This document shows positions 18,226-28,497 of a DNA stretch of 64,000 nucleotides, one piece after another. The translations under genes and the position numbers were made by a program. The stretch spans positions 25,325 to 89,324 of IMG/VR virus record IMGVR_UViG_3300006735_000020. One strand, given 5' to 3'. The notes beneath the pieces were generated by a model. That model had not been told where the DNA came from, did not search any database, and was given only the letters and a program-made list of their open reading frames with translations. How positions within the stretch are numbered: position 1 is the first letter of the stretch; every line of letters begins with the position of its first letter. Source of the DNA: a virus.

Positions 18226-20802
18226 TTATTTACTAAACAAGTCAAAAAGTTCTACTGTAACATTCTCAGCTGGTTTGCGAATATTCCAACCCACACAATC
18301 ATAAAATCTTTCGATACCTTGAAACAAAATCTTTTCAAACATTTTATCATAATCAATCTTAAACGTATCTTTAAACTCAGAAGGGTAAGCATACTTAAAG
18401 CCGATACTATCCAATCCGTATTTATTGGGTTTTTCGACATACATATAACGAACTTTATCACCCGAACCTAACGATTCATACTTGTTTCCTGTATTAAGCT
18501 TATCTAAAAGTAGATTATAAAAATATGCAGACTTAACATGTATTGGCATACTTTTCACAGTATTAAATTCGTTACAATCTACAGCATACTTCTCGTAACC
18601 CTTTACTCCCATAACAAACGCAAGTTCTTCCGGAGATAAACCTTTAAATATATCATACGTCTCGTTGAGTATCTTATTAGTTTCAGTCAAAGACTGTGTA
18701 CTTAACATAGTCTCAATAATTTTTTTAGCATACGGCTTAATAGCATTAGGCATAGTAGTTCGAACTACTTCAACTCCTGTATATTTAAATTTATTTTCCT
18801 TAATACCCTCATCATCAAGGATATGCATAACGTATCTTTTCTTTTGCAAAAAGACGCCTACATCCGCTATACATTCTCGCTTAAACACAAACCTACTATC
18901 TTTTGATAGTAGGGATTTTTTAGCCCAATTCTGTACACCTTCATTTAAATAGTCCTCAATCTCTTGAATCTTATCATGTGTATCTTGATGTACATCATCT
19001 CCATCTAAAAAGTTTAAACCCTTGCTAACAAGAGGAGTAATAGAAACATACGACGAGTCCGTATCATTGTATACAATACACTCTTCAAGCTCATTATCAG
19101 AGATATCTGGAATCTCTTTTTTGATAAATTGCTTGATAAGCTCATTTGAATATTTAATGACAGCTTGCCCGGTAAGCGTAACAGAAGATGCGATATCATC
19201 ATCACCAATAGGAGCATTCTTATTACCCATGTAACCATAACACGAATTAATAAGAATCTTAATAACCATTTGTGATGTATTCAGTCTCTCTACTTCATAC
19301 TTCGCGCTAGTATATTCTGCAGAATCTTTTTTAAGTTTCTTAAGTTTTGTCTTAGCTTTAAAGAGGTCTTTCTTAATTTTAACACGTTGATTATAATAAT
19401 GCTCTAGAAACTCTGGTATAATACCTTTCTTCTTTTGAGTAAAAAGGAACCCAGCTTTAGACAGTGCACACTCTTCATCTTTTAGGAACTTTACAAAAGC
19501 AGGCTTATCAAGTTCAAACACTTTACCTGTTACATGCTGTATAATAACCTTATCATCTGTGGTCTTCTCTACTCTACCTACTTTAGTTTCTGGTGAAGTA
19601 TTCAAAGATATCATCACATTAGGATATAGAGAATTAGCATCAAACGACACAACATGATTTTTAAAACCTTGCTTAGGTTCTGCAACATACGCGCCCGGAT
19701 TTTTACCGGTATCAGCATTACGTAAAAATGTAGCAATAACCTCACCTCGACGCCTTGCTTTAATGCAAAGAGCACCGTTAATCACCTGAATAGTTCCCAT
19801 TGCTCCCTCAAGAGTCGTTAACCCAACATATGAGAGCATTCTCAATAAAGGAACATATTGAAGCTTTTCTTCTAGTCTTACTAAAAGGTTAACGTCTTGA
19901 ATGTTGTAGTCAATAAACGTATCCCAGTCTTCATCAGATAAAGTTGCAAGGTTAGTATCACCGTAATCAATCTTTCGTTGACCGAGCTCAACTTCACCAA
20001 TTGCATCCAACTTATAAGACTCACGAAGCTTTAAACAAAACCGTCTATATACATCGAGATAATCTAAACAAGCAATACCATCAATATAGTATCTTTTTAG
20101 ATCACGCCCAAACTTACCCTTTACAGCTCTAAAATGTACTCTACCTAGAGGAGATAATCTATCAACATAATCTTGCCCAAGTATACGTTCAATTCGATTA
20201 ATAATATAAGGTATATCAAAGAATTCAGAGTTCCAACCACTTAAGATATCCGGGTAGTCGCTTTCAAGATATTCAATGAACCGGATAAACATTTCACGTT
20301 CATCTCTACAATGAACATAGTTTAAATTATCAGCACCTTTACCATTATATGGTTTAATACCAAATGTATGAAACTTTTTACTAAAGTTATCATAACAAGT
20401 TATAACGTTTACAACATGAGTTGGGTCTTCTGGGTTAGGAAACGAATCTGGTGAATATGTCTCAATATCAAGTAAACACGTCTTAAGCGGGTTAGTACTA
20501 AATTCCGGTTCTTCGTTTTGCTGCCAGTATAAATCAAGCAAGAATTGCTGAACGGGCGGCATATTTTCAAATACACGCTTTATGTTTGAGTCACGAACAA
20601 ATCTAGATCGGTCAAAACTAGTATTAAATTTACGTTTTGATACCTTAGTCCCGTAGATAGATGTTTTATCACCGGCAGTATTTTCAACATAGAGATAAGG
20701 CTCAAAAGAGCATTCGTGCATTACACGCTTACCATCTTTATCCCAAGTAAATAAATTTACACAACGGTTTCTACCGTTATAAACAACATTACGATACGAC
20801 AT
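18226..20802 (-). CDS. gp43: Family B DNA polymerase (gp43)
   Basis: Exo DIET and GWNSEFFDIPY; SFDANSLYP; KILINSCYG; YNDTDS; KKRY. Confidence 0.97.
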   Translation of the reverse strand: MSYRNVVYNGRNRCVNLFTWDKDGKRVMHECSFEPYLYVENTAGDKTSIYGTKVSKRKFNTSFDRSRFVRDSNIKRVFENMPPVQQFLLDLYWQQNEEPEFSTNPLKTCLLDIETYSPDSFPNPEDPTHVVNVITCYDNFSKKFHTFGIKPYNGKGADNLNYVHCRDEREMFIRFIEYLESDYPDILSGWNSEFFDIPYIINRIERILGQDYVDRLSPLGRVHFRAVKGKFGRDLKRYYIDGIACLDYLDVYRRFCLKLRESYKLDAIGEVELGQRKIDYGDTNLATLSDEDWDTFIDYNIQDVNLLVRLEEKLQYVPLLRMLSYVGLTTLEGAMGTIQVINGALCIKARRRGEVIATFLRNADTGKNPGAYVAEPKQGFKNHVVSFDANSLYPNVMISLNTSPETKVGRVEKTTDDKVIIQHVTGKVFELDKPAFVKFLKDEECALSKAGFLFTQKKKGIIPEFLEHYYNQRVKIKKDLFKAKTKLKKLKKDSAEYTSAKYEVERLNTSQMVIKILINSCYGYMGNKNAPIGDDDIASSVTLTGQAVIKYSNELIKQFIKKEIPDISDNELEECIVYNDTDSSYVSITPLVSKGLNFLDGDDVHQDTHDKIQEIEDYLNEGVQNWAKKSLLSKDSRFVFKRECIADVGVFLQKKRYVMHILDDEGIKENKFKYTGVEVVRTTMPNAIKPYAKKIIETMLSTQSLTETNKILNETYDIFKGLSPEELAFVMGVKGYEKYAVDCNEFNTVKSMPIHVKSAYFYNLLLDKLNTGNKYESLGSGDKVRYMYVEKPNKYGLDSIGFKYAYPSEFKDTFKIDYDKMFEKILFQGIERFYDCVGWNIRKPAENVTVELFDLFSK

Positions 20803-20828
20803 CTACTACTATTATAATAGCATAGTTC

Positions 20829-22061
20829 CTAATTCCACTCTCTTAGGTATCGTCTTTCGGAACTTCCGTATGGTGTATTCAGAGCTTCAAGATGAGCTCC
20901 AATATTAGGATCTAATTCAAGTATTCTCGCTTCACCTATTTTTCGAAGCTTATGTACATTTTGCATGTACTTATTCTTTTTATTTGGCCTTAGAATACGT
21001 TCTATTTTATCTTCGAATTCTTCTACCGAGCTAAATTTTAGGTTACTTGGAGCGTTACTATATGTTTCCATATCTTGACATAAACAAGGTATACCAAGTA
21101 TACACCCCTCTATATACTTAATATCAGATTTTGATCGATTAAAATCATTAACTTGTAAAGGTGCTACCATTAATTGCGCTCTTAAGCTATTAATAAAGTA
21201 TGGATATCTTAATAAAGTTTGCCAATTATAAAATTCAATTTTTTGCTGCTGTACTAAATCTGCTAGTTGTGGAGGAAAAGCACCAACGAAAATCCATTGA
21301 TATTTATCAACGGTTTTTCTTATAAAGTCGCGTACTTCAGATAAATCATCCTTACCACCAGTTTTATTATCTACATCATAATGGGCTCCGGAGCCTGTAT
21401 ATAGTATACGAGGCTTCTTTTTATTTTGATCGTAGTTTCTCTCTATCTCTCTCGGATTAAAAAGCTGACCCATCCAACCATGTGGTATAAAGTTTGGAAT
21501 AACAGTAATATTTTGCTGACCAGTTTTTTCTTGATAAAGCTTTCTCATGAAGTCACAAGTTACGGTAACTTCGTCAACTAAATTAATTATATCGACACAA
21601 TTTTGTCGAACTTCCTCTGTATCAAATGCAAATTTAAATTTATTATAATCAGGAATCACTTCCTTAAATACAACATCATCAACTTCATATATTATTTTAA
21701 AGCCATATTCTTGCTGAACCTGTTTTAAATATTTAACAAACTCGAGTTGATGCTTCGACGCTTGTCGTTGTAGCTTTACTGCCTTTACCCCTTGATACCA
21801 TTTCGGATCAGCAACCATAGCTGTGGTAGATTGAGACATACCATCACCTCTTGCATTAATTACTGCTTCAGGCCAAAGTATTCGCCAATGTCCACATCCA
21901 GAATAGTCTGCTAAATAATTAACATACCTAGGCATATCTGCTTCCGCAGGTTTATTTGCATCCGGCGTTAATGATACACCAGGCATTTGTGCTTGTTGAC
22001 CTACTACTGGAGCAGCAACCGGTGCTACCATTGGCTGCGGATAAGGAGACGGAGTAATCAT
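20829..22061 (-). CDS. GT-B glycosyltransferase (GT4-like)
   Basis: GCGHWRI, YEVDD, VIPN and APL...FNRSKSDIKYIEG motifs. Confidence 0.8.
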   Translation of the reverse strand: MITPSPYPQPMVAPVAAPVVGQQAQMPGVSLTPDANKPAEADMPRYVNYLADYSGCGHWRILWPEAVINARGDGMSQSTTAMVADPKWYQGVKAVKLQRQASKHQLEFVKYLKQVQQEYGFKIIYEVDDVVFKEVIPDYNKFKFAFDTEEVRQNCVDIINLVDEVTVTCDFMRKLYQEKTGQQNITVIPNFIPHGWMGQLFNPREIERNYDQNKKKPRILYTGSGAHYDVDNKTGGKDDLSEVRDFIRKTVDKYQWIFVGAFPPQLADLVQQQKIEFYNWQTLLRYPYFINSLRAQLMVAPLQVNDFNRSKSDIKYIEGCILGIPCLCQDMETYSNAPSNLKFSSVEEFEDKIERILRPNKKNKYMQNVHKLRKIGEARILELDPNIGAHLEALNTPYGSSERRYLREWN

Positions 22062-22075
22062 TATATTTATATAGG

Positions 22076-23881
22076 TTAAAGTTCCGTATAATCTACCCTC
22101 TTAGTAATACCATTCTTTTTCTCAAGATATATTACATCACCAGTTACAGCTTTAATTGACTCTTTACGATGTGAAATAACTATCGAACATTCATCAAGTT
22201 CTTCAACTCTATCTTGTAGTATGCTTGTAATTAATTCGATACCTTTTTCATCAAACGATGAGTCAAACAACTCATCATAGATTGCAATATTATACTGTAC
22301 CCCGCCTTGCAGTCTACGTATATCTGAAAAGGTAAATAGGCATGCTAAGTCAATTGATTTACGTTCAGCACCTGAGAAGTTAAAATAGGAACATACTTTA
22401 TTTTTTTCATTAAGGATTTCTTCCTCAAAATATTCATTAAAAATACAAATTGAGTTTGAATCCAATCTTTTAAGATAATGTAGAAGTTTACTATTTAAAA
22501 GTTCCAATAACTTATTAACAATATAAGATTTTACACCTTCCTCTGAAACTACATACTTAACAATATCAAGCTTAGCTAATTCATCTCTATATTCTTCAAC
22601 TCTACCTTGAAGTTTATCAACACGCTTCTTAGTTTCAACAATAAGAGAATCAAAGTCAGTCTCTGTGGACTCTATCGCCTCTAAGTCACCTTCTAACTCT
22701 TCTTGCCACTTATCCAACTGCTCAATTCGTTGTTCAATATTCCTCTTATTTTGTTCTTGTAGCCTTGCTTCAGATATCTTGTTTTGACACTGACTTATAG
22801 CTCTCGTAAATCTGTCTTTTCTTACTCTTAATTCCTTAAGTCCATCAGAGTAGTTTTTAATATTGTCAATCGCCTCGTGAATATACTCTTTGAGGTTTTC
22901 CTTCTCTTTAGCTATTAACTCTGCATCGTGTTCTTCCATAGGTCGAAGACATACCGGGCATTTTTCTTCTTCTGTACCCATCTTTTTATATCTTTCCTTT
23001 CTTTCTGCAGCTAAAGCTTTATTACGAGCAACAGCTTCTAAATTACTTTCGATCCTTATATCTTGATCTAAAACAGCCTCTTCAAGAGAAGATATTTGAT
23101 TTTGTATCTTACTAATATCTACTTCTTCGACTTCGTTGAGTTCGTTTTCGAGCTTTTCTTTTTCTTCGGTATTATCTTCTTGACGACCAAGGTACTTTTT
23201 TCTTTTTTCATTTCTTGTTTGAAGGATTCTTTGTTTTTGGTCTTCATAATTTTTATATGCTTTATCAATCTCTTCTAACTTAGTTAACTGCGTATCGTGC
23301 TCTTTCGAAATTTCATTATACTCTGTACGTAGCATCGTTAACATTGTACTAAAGATTTCCATACCAAAAATATCCTCAATAAACTTTCGTTTTTCAATTT
23401 TATTTTTAGCCATAAAAGGAACTGCATTGTTTACGGTCATAATAACACAGTTTTGAAATATAGAAGGTGAAGCGCTTAACACACTGTTAATATAAGCAGT
23501 TGTATTTTTAATACTATCACGAGTCCTATCAACTCCATCCTTAAAAATTAAAACCTTCGAAGGGGATAGTGTACGAATAATTTTATAACTGTTTGTGCCT
23601 TTAGGTGAATCTAATTCAAAGTCTAGTTCAATGTGAGTCTTACCGTTTGTTAAATTATTCGGTATAAGATCTTTCTTAAGCTCGCGTAACGTCTCGCCGA
23701 ATATAGCAAAATATAAAGCATCTGCTATAGTACTCTTACCAATAGCATTTCTACGATCTGGCTTGTCTTTATTTTTACCGGTGATGACATGAAGACCCTT
23801 ACTAAACTCAACAGTTACAGGTTCTTCACCGACAGATAAAAAATTTACTATACTAAGCTTTTTAAAGTTTACTTTTTTCAT
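22076..23881 (-). CDS. gp46: Recombination endonuclease ATPase subunit (gp46, Rad50/SbcC-like)
   Basis: NFLSVG, NAIGKST, CPVC zinc hook, FSGAE signature, YDELFD and ISH. Confidence 0.95.
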   Translation of the reverse strand: MKKVNFKKLSIVNFLSVGEEPVTVEFSKGLHVITGKNKDKPDRRNAIGKSTIADALYFAIFGETLRELKKDLIPNNLTNGKTHIELDFELDSPKGTNSYKIIRTLSPSKVLIFKDGVDRTRDSIKNTTAYINSVLSASPSIFQNCVIMTVNNAVPFMAKNKIEKRKFIEDIFGMEIFSTMLTMLRTEYNEISKEHDTQLTKLEEIDKAYKNYEDQKQRILQTRNEKRKKYLGRQEDNTEEKEKLENELNEVEEVDISKIQNQISSLEEAVLDQDIRIESNLEAVARNKALAAERKERYKKMGTEEEKCPVCLRPMEEHDAELIAKEKENLKEYIHEAIDNIKNYSDGLKELRVRKDRFTRAISQCQNKISEARLQEQNKRNIEQRIEQLDKWQEELEGDLEAIESTETDFDSLIVETKKRVDKLQGRVEEYRDELAKLDIVKYVVSEEGVKSYIVNKLLELLNSKLLHYLKRLDSNSICIFNEYFEEEILNEKNKVCSYFNFSGAERKSIDLACLFTFSDIRRLQGGVQYNIAIYDELFDSSFDEKGIELITSILQDRVEELDECSIVISHRKESIKAVTGDVIYLEKKNGITKRVDYTEL

Positions 23882-24911
23882 ATAAGCCGAGAGTGTATTT
23901 TATTATCTCTTTTTTATTCTTAATTTCAAGCAAGTTTACAAACTCTTCAATAGCTTGTGGTATATCAATGCCTGAAAGATCTTCCTTATCTTCGGTATCG
24001 TCTAAAAGTCTGTTAAAGTTAATATCATAATCAACTGTTAACACTTCAGGTTTCAGAAGTGTTAATTTTTTAATCAATATATCCATATCAGCTTGTGATA
24101 TATTCATATCGACTTTTAGCTTCGCAATATTACCAGCAAAACTATCTATTACCTCTCGTGTAATATTACCCTCTCTTACTAATTCACTAAGTGATATTTT
24201 TTTATACGACGGTGATATAGTATTAACGGTAAACTCATACTCTAGGGTATCTAAATCTAGTACATAATAGCCTTTATCATTACCAGCATCTCCAAAATCC
24301 ATTTGAAAGGGATTACCAACATACAGTACCGTTCCTTTACCAAATTTTTTCTCATGTCTAGTATGAAAATGCCCGGAAATAACTAACGAACTTTTCTTTA
24401 ATAAGTCTTTAACCTTTAATCCCTCTTCACAAACTTTATAAGAGTTCATCTTGAAGGTTTCTATCTCAAAGTGACCGAAGATAACATCACTTTTTGGTAT
24501 GTCACTTACTTTTGTGTTCCATGGACAAAGAGTAATTGTACGATCAAAAGCTTCAATCGTGTCGAAAGTATCTAAAATTGTAACATTTTGTCTTTTCTTA
24601 AAGATAGACAATGAATTAACATCTGTTCTATGCTTGTAGTAAATATCATGATTACCAGTGATCGCTATAATATTGAAATCACATAATATATCTAAAATAT
24701 CTGCAGATACTTGCAGAGTACTAACTGATATCTCACTTCTGTTGTGATGCCAATCACCGCAAAAGATTATATCTTTGATATTTTTTCTCTTACACTCGTC
24801 CTTAAACCAATGAGCCCATTCTACAGCATAATTATGCCAGTCTGAACTATTTGTATGAACACCTAAGTGAAGATCTGAAAAAATAGCAACTCTAGGCTTA
24901 CTAATCTTCAA
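23862..24911 (-). CDS. gp47: Recombination endonuclease nuclease subunit (gp47, Mre11/SbcD-like)
   Basis: SDLHLG, GD, GNHD, GHFE and SGHFH motifs. Confidence 0.95.
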   Translation of the reverse strand: MKISKPRVAIFSDLHLGVHTNSSDWHNYAVEWAHWFKDECKRKNIKDIIFCGDWHHNRSEISVSTLQVSADILDILCDFNIIAITGNHDIYYKHRTDVNSLSIFKKRQNVTILDTFDTIEAFDRTITLCPWNTKVSDIPKSDVIFGHFEIETFKMNSYKVCEEGLKVKDLLKKSSLVISGHFHTRHEKKFGKGTVLYVGNPFQMDFGDAGNDKGYYVLDLDTLEYEFTVNTISPSYKKISLSELVREGNITREVIDSFAGNIAKLKVDMNISQADMDILIKKLTLLKPEVLTVDYDINFNRLLDDTEDKEDLSGIDIPQAIEEFVNLLEIKNKKEIIKYTLGLYEKSKL

Positions 24912-25356
24912 AAGAATTTTCTTCGTCGGGTGGTTTTACATAAACGTGTCCGTGTGTATTATCCGGATTTGACATATAGTCCTCATAAACTCGTTCTCTA
25001 TATTTTGTAACAGCTTCATGGTGCTTCTTTTCCTTTTTTATTCTATTAATAAACGCGTGGTATGCAATAGTAGTAAAATAAGAGAAAGGATTTGTAGCTT
25101 TTTCGAAGTTAAACTTTTTATGTTTTAATGCTGAATACATTTTAATAAGAGCATCACCTATCATATCGTCTTTATACGTATAATTGATAAATGATCCATT
25201 ATAACTTAAACCATAAGCAATCTTCTTAATATTTTCTGCCAAATCATCCGTTAGAATATCTGTATCATAATATTTTTGTAGCGATGCTTTAAAGACCTTT
25301 GGCTCTATGTAATATGGTTTCTTTTCTTTTTTCGGTTTTTTCTCTTTTCCGGCCAT
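24901..25356 (-). CDS. gp55: Late-transcription sigma factor (gp55)
   Basis: FINYTYKDDMIGDA and NPFSYFTTIAYHAFINRIKKEKK. Confidence 0.93.
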   Translation of the reverse strand: MAGKEKKPKKEKKPYYIEPKVFKASLQKYYDTDILTDDLAENIKKIAYGLSYNGSFINYTYKDDMIGDALIKMYSALKHKKFNFEKATNPFSYFTTIAYHAFINRIKKEKKHHEAVTKYRERVYEDYMSNPDNTHGHVYVKPPDEENSFED

Positions 25357-25380
25357 TTGTTAGATTATAGTATAAAATTT

Positions 25381-26802
25381 TTATTTTTCAACAATATTAG
25401 TTTCACTATACTTTATCTTCTCTATATCGTAAATTTCCTTACGCTTTTCACAGTGTCTAATACCATATCTCAGTCTATCGCAGAGATCAAATATGATAAG
25501 TTTGGATTTTAGGTTGTGCTTCCTCAAACCACGGCCAATGGATTGTACTGTACGTACAAACGACTTGCCACCCGAGGCAAAAATAATATTATGTATATTC
25601 TTGATATTAACCCCGGTAGAAAAAATAGAACTCATTGCTACACATATAACGTCATTATCTTTCTCCATTATCCTCTTTATATCCTCACGTGTTTCTACTT
25701 CAACTTCACCTCTAATAAAGTAAATTTGCTTATCTTTACATTGAGTAAGGTATTCGGATAGATTTACCCCGTGAGAAATATGATTAACAAGTATTAGGGT
25801 GTTATTCTCGAGTTTAGAACATAATTTAGTAATAAAATCGTTTCTAAAATGACTTTCATATATGTAATCTAGCTCTTCTCTGTAGTAATTATCACTATTA
25901 TATGGCGGTGGTATACGATAATCTAAATTTAAGATCTTAACGTTAACATTAGCGAGGTAATCTTCTATTCTAAGTTCATAACTCGTCTTTTCGTATATAA
26001 CTGGTCCTAATTTACCTATAATTGTCCACTTATCTAAGTTGTTCTCCGGGAGAGTACCAGTAAAGCCATACTTATTAGGTGTTCTTATTCTAGATACTAT
26101 TTTACTAATCTTATTAGACGATTTTATCTTATGACACTCATCAACTATAAGTAGATCAACGTGCTTTAACCAGTCATTTTGTTCAAACCTACTTTGAACA
26201 ATACCTATGTTGCAGATAATAACGTTTGCAGTTAAGTCTGGCTTAATTTTACCTGTCCATTTAGTTATTTTAAAGGTAGTACCGCAGTTTAAGAACTCAT
26301 CATACGTTTGAGTAACGAGCCCTAAGTCTGGAACTAATACTACACACTTAAATGTATCTCTATCCTTACTATCTCTAAAGTAATTTTCAATTAAAGCTGC
26401 TGTCGTAAAGGTTTTACCGGCACCGGTACCCAAAACACAAGTGCCAGTACCGAGTTTAAGGGCTTTTTTGATAACATCTTCTTGATATTCCCGTAAATCA
26501 AATGCAAAGTCTTTATAAAGCTCTATATCTTTACCGACCTTTAACACTTTTTGTAGTTTATCGGTAGTTTCTGTATCTTCTTTAGTTAAAAACTTCTTAA
26601 TCTCCCAATATAGACCAACTTCACATGCACCACCTGGGGTTATAGCATACTTTCTCTGTGGTGCATATCGACCATATCGTCTACCAAAGCGTGCAGCATC
26701 ATTTATAATACTAAAATGCTGCCTTACACGGTTAAATAGATCTAAATCCTCTGTTTTTAGTAACAGCTTACGTGTTGAGGGGTTATAATCAAAAGTTATC
26801 AT
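25381..26802 (-). CDS. uvsW: UvsW SF2 helicase
   Basis: LREYQ, TGAGKT, DECH, GFTGT and QSIGRGLR motifs. Confidence 0.93.
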   Translation of the reverse strand: MITFDYNPSTRKLLLKTEDLDLFNRVRQHFSIINDAARFGRRYGRYAPQRKYAITPGGACEVGLYWEIKKFLTKEDTETTDKLQKVLKVGKDIELYKDFAFDLREYQEDVIKKALKLGTGTCVLGTGAGKTFTTAALIENYFRDSKDRDTFKCVVLVPDLGLVTQTYDEFLNCGTTFKITKWTGKIKPDLTANVIICNIGIVQSRFEQNDWLKHVDLLIVDECHKIKSSNKISKIVSRIRTPNKYGFTGTLPENNLDKWTIIGKLGPVIYEKTSYELRIEDYLANVNVKILNLDYRIPPPYNSDNYYREELDYIYESHFRNDFITKLCSKLENNTLILVNHISHGVNLSEYLTQCKDKQIYFIRGEVEVETREDIKRIMEKDNDVICVAMSSIFSTGVNIKNIHNIIFASGGKSFVRTVQSIGRGLRKHNLKSKLIIFDLCDRLRYGIRHCEKRKEIYDIEKIKYSETNIVEK

Positions 26803-27197
26803 TAATATTGTTCCATTTTATTCATATCGATAACATTTTTGATCTCCCAATGCATATTACTAAGAATTTTTTCAACCTTCTCAAGATATTCTATAATAGT
26901 ATCTTGTTCTTTTATGTTATCGTTAAGTTTTGCAACAGATTCATACCTTTCAGCAGCTGATTCTGCAGAAGCTTGATTAATACGTACAGGAGAATCAGCA
27001 ATTACCTTCTTAACTAAGTCCTTTTTAAGCTTACTCTTTTGAGCAATCAGTTTATTGCGTTGAATCTTTGCTTCCACAAGTCTACCAACCCAAAAATGCT
27101 TACGAGCTGGGAGTCTTTGCTGTTGTTGTTTAAGGTTGAGATCGTTTAGTACAAGATCTTCACCAATTTCTTGCATATACTTTTTTAGCAATTCCAC
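26802..27197 (-). CDS. uvsY: UvsY-like recombination mediator
   Basis: Helical 131 aa with C-terminal YLEKV...WEIKNVID; adjacent to uvsW. Confidence 0.75.
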   Translation of the reverse strand: MELLKKYMQEIGEDLVLNDLNLKQQQQRLPARKHFWVGRLVEAKIQRNKLIAQKSKLKKDLVKKVIADSPVRINQASAESAAERYESVAKLNDNIKEQDTIIEYLEKVEKILSNMHWEIKNVIDMNKMEQY

Positions 27198-27205
27198 TCT
27201 ATTAT

Positions 27206-27213
27206 TATAAATA
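27206..27213 (+). promoter_or_regulatory. T4-type late promoter TATAAATA
   Basis: Exact consensus 8 nt before ATG 27222. Confidence 0.75.
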
Positions 27214-27221
27214 TAATTATA

Positions 27222-27608
27222 ATGGAATCAAGTGGCAAATTTGAACGTATCTTTTTAAGAATGCTAAAAGAAGAGATGACAGCTGGTGCTGGAGGTGCAC
27301 TTGGTAGCGGATCTTCATACAATCCACCCGGAGATGTAAGTTCTGGTGATACTTATGCTCCAGGTGATGCTAGATTACCCAAGGCTCTTGGAGCAGTCCA
27401 AACACGTAAAGGTACAGCAGGTAAGAAGAAGAAAAGGAAAAGAAAAGAGGAGAACGAAGAGGGGTTTCCTGAGGAAGATGCAGAAAAGAAAAAGAAAGCT
27501 GATAGATGTAAGCGTAGGGCTGATTCCGCTTATGGTAAAAAGACTTCTGCTTACAAATCTGGAGCAATCGTAAGGTGTAGACAGGGAAAAATCTGGAAAA
27601 AGAAATGA
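27222..27608 (+). CDS. Basic late protein, putative head internal protein
   Basis: Leader ending LKEE; Lys-rich segments; SAYKSGAIVRCR module. Confidence 0.7.
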   Translation: MESSGKFERIFLRMLKEEMTAGAGGALGSGSSYNPPGDVSSGDTYAPGDARLPKALGAVQTRKGTAGKKKKRKRKEENEEGFPEEDAEKKKKADRCKRRADSAYGKKTSAYKSGAIVRCRQGKIWKKK

Positions 27609-28036
27609 GCATGTCACAAAAAGAGGTTCTTGAAGCTAGTGACTCTTTGCGACAGTGGTTTAAGAGAGGTGGAACTGATCCTAAGACTGGTAAGAAGTTT
27701 AAAGGGTGGGTAAATTGCAAGACTGGTGGCCCATGTGGTCGTAAATCTAAAAAATCCGGTGGTAGTTACCCGGCTTGTCGACCAACTAAAGCGGCTTGTA
27801 AGAGTATCAAGGGTAAGATGTATAAGAAAAAAGGACCTAAGCGTGTTAACTGGAAGAAGAAAAAGAGAAAGAGTGAAAACGCTGAAGATGTGCATAAGCC
27901 TGTTAAGCCTGGTATCTTAAAAAAGAGATTAGGTAAGTTATCTTGTAGTAAGGTGAGAGGTGCGAAGGGTAAGTTAAAGGATAAGGGTACGCATTACGCA
28001 AAAGCACTACAACGCTATTTAAATTATCATTGTTAG
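27605..28036 (+). CDS. Basic Cys/Lys-rich protein, putative head internal protein
   Basis: VLEA leader; LRQWF..GWVNCKTGGPCGR..YPACRP module. Confidence 0.7.
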   Translation: MSMSQKEVLEASDSLRQWFKRGGTDPKTGKKFKGWVNCKTGGPCGRKSKKSGGSYPACRPTKAACKSIKGKMYKKKGPKRVNWKKKKRKSENAEDVHKPVKPGILKKRLGKLSCSKVRGAKGKLKDKGTHYAKALQRYLNYHC

Positions 28037-28049
28037 CATAAATATTGTT

Positions 28050-28484
28050 ATGCAATTCGACGAATTAGTAAAGCAAATCTTAGAAGCTAAAGAAGCACCA
28101 AAGGGTAAGCATTATAACTCTGCCGGTCAGTTGAGAAAAGGCGATGCTGATTCAGATGGCCGTGGAGGTCCAAAGTATAGGTCTGATCCTACTTACAATA
28201 ACCCTAATGATCCGGATGATGAGGAGATTCCTGCTGAAGACGCTGAGAAAGTCGATAAGGATCGTATGAAGTGTAACAGTCCTCGTCGTACTTCAGGTGG
28301 TTCTAAGAAATTCGTTGTTAAAGCTTGTAAAGATGGTAAAGAAAAGATTGTTCGCTTTGGAGATCCAAATATGAAGATCAAAAAGAGCAATCCTAAGCGT
28401 AGAAAGTCGTTCCGCGCACGTCATAAGTGTGATCAGAAAAAGGATAAGTTCTCTGCTGGTTACTGGAGTTGTAAAAAATGGTAG
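28050..28484 (+). CDS. Basic late protein with DUF6321-like C-terminal domain
   Basis: KKFVVKA...VRFGDPNMKIK..NP.RRKSFRARHKC...AGYWSC..W; TAAATA 5 nt upstream. Confidence 0.75.
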   Translation: MQFDELVKQILEAKEAPKGKHYNSAGQLRKGDADSDGRGGPKYRSDPTYNNPNDPDDEEIPAEDAEKVDKDRMKCNSPRRTSGGSKKFVVKACKDGKEKIVRFGDPNMKIKKSNPKRRKSFRARHKCDQKKDKFSAGYWSCKKW

Positions 28485-28497
28485 ATAAATACGCCAT

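Noticed and set aside
18226-20802. Intein or intron in DNA polymerase (also checked gp41, UvsX, gp20)
   Set aside because: Lengths are normal and motifs are contiguous; no splice-junction signatures were seen.
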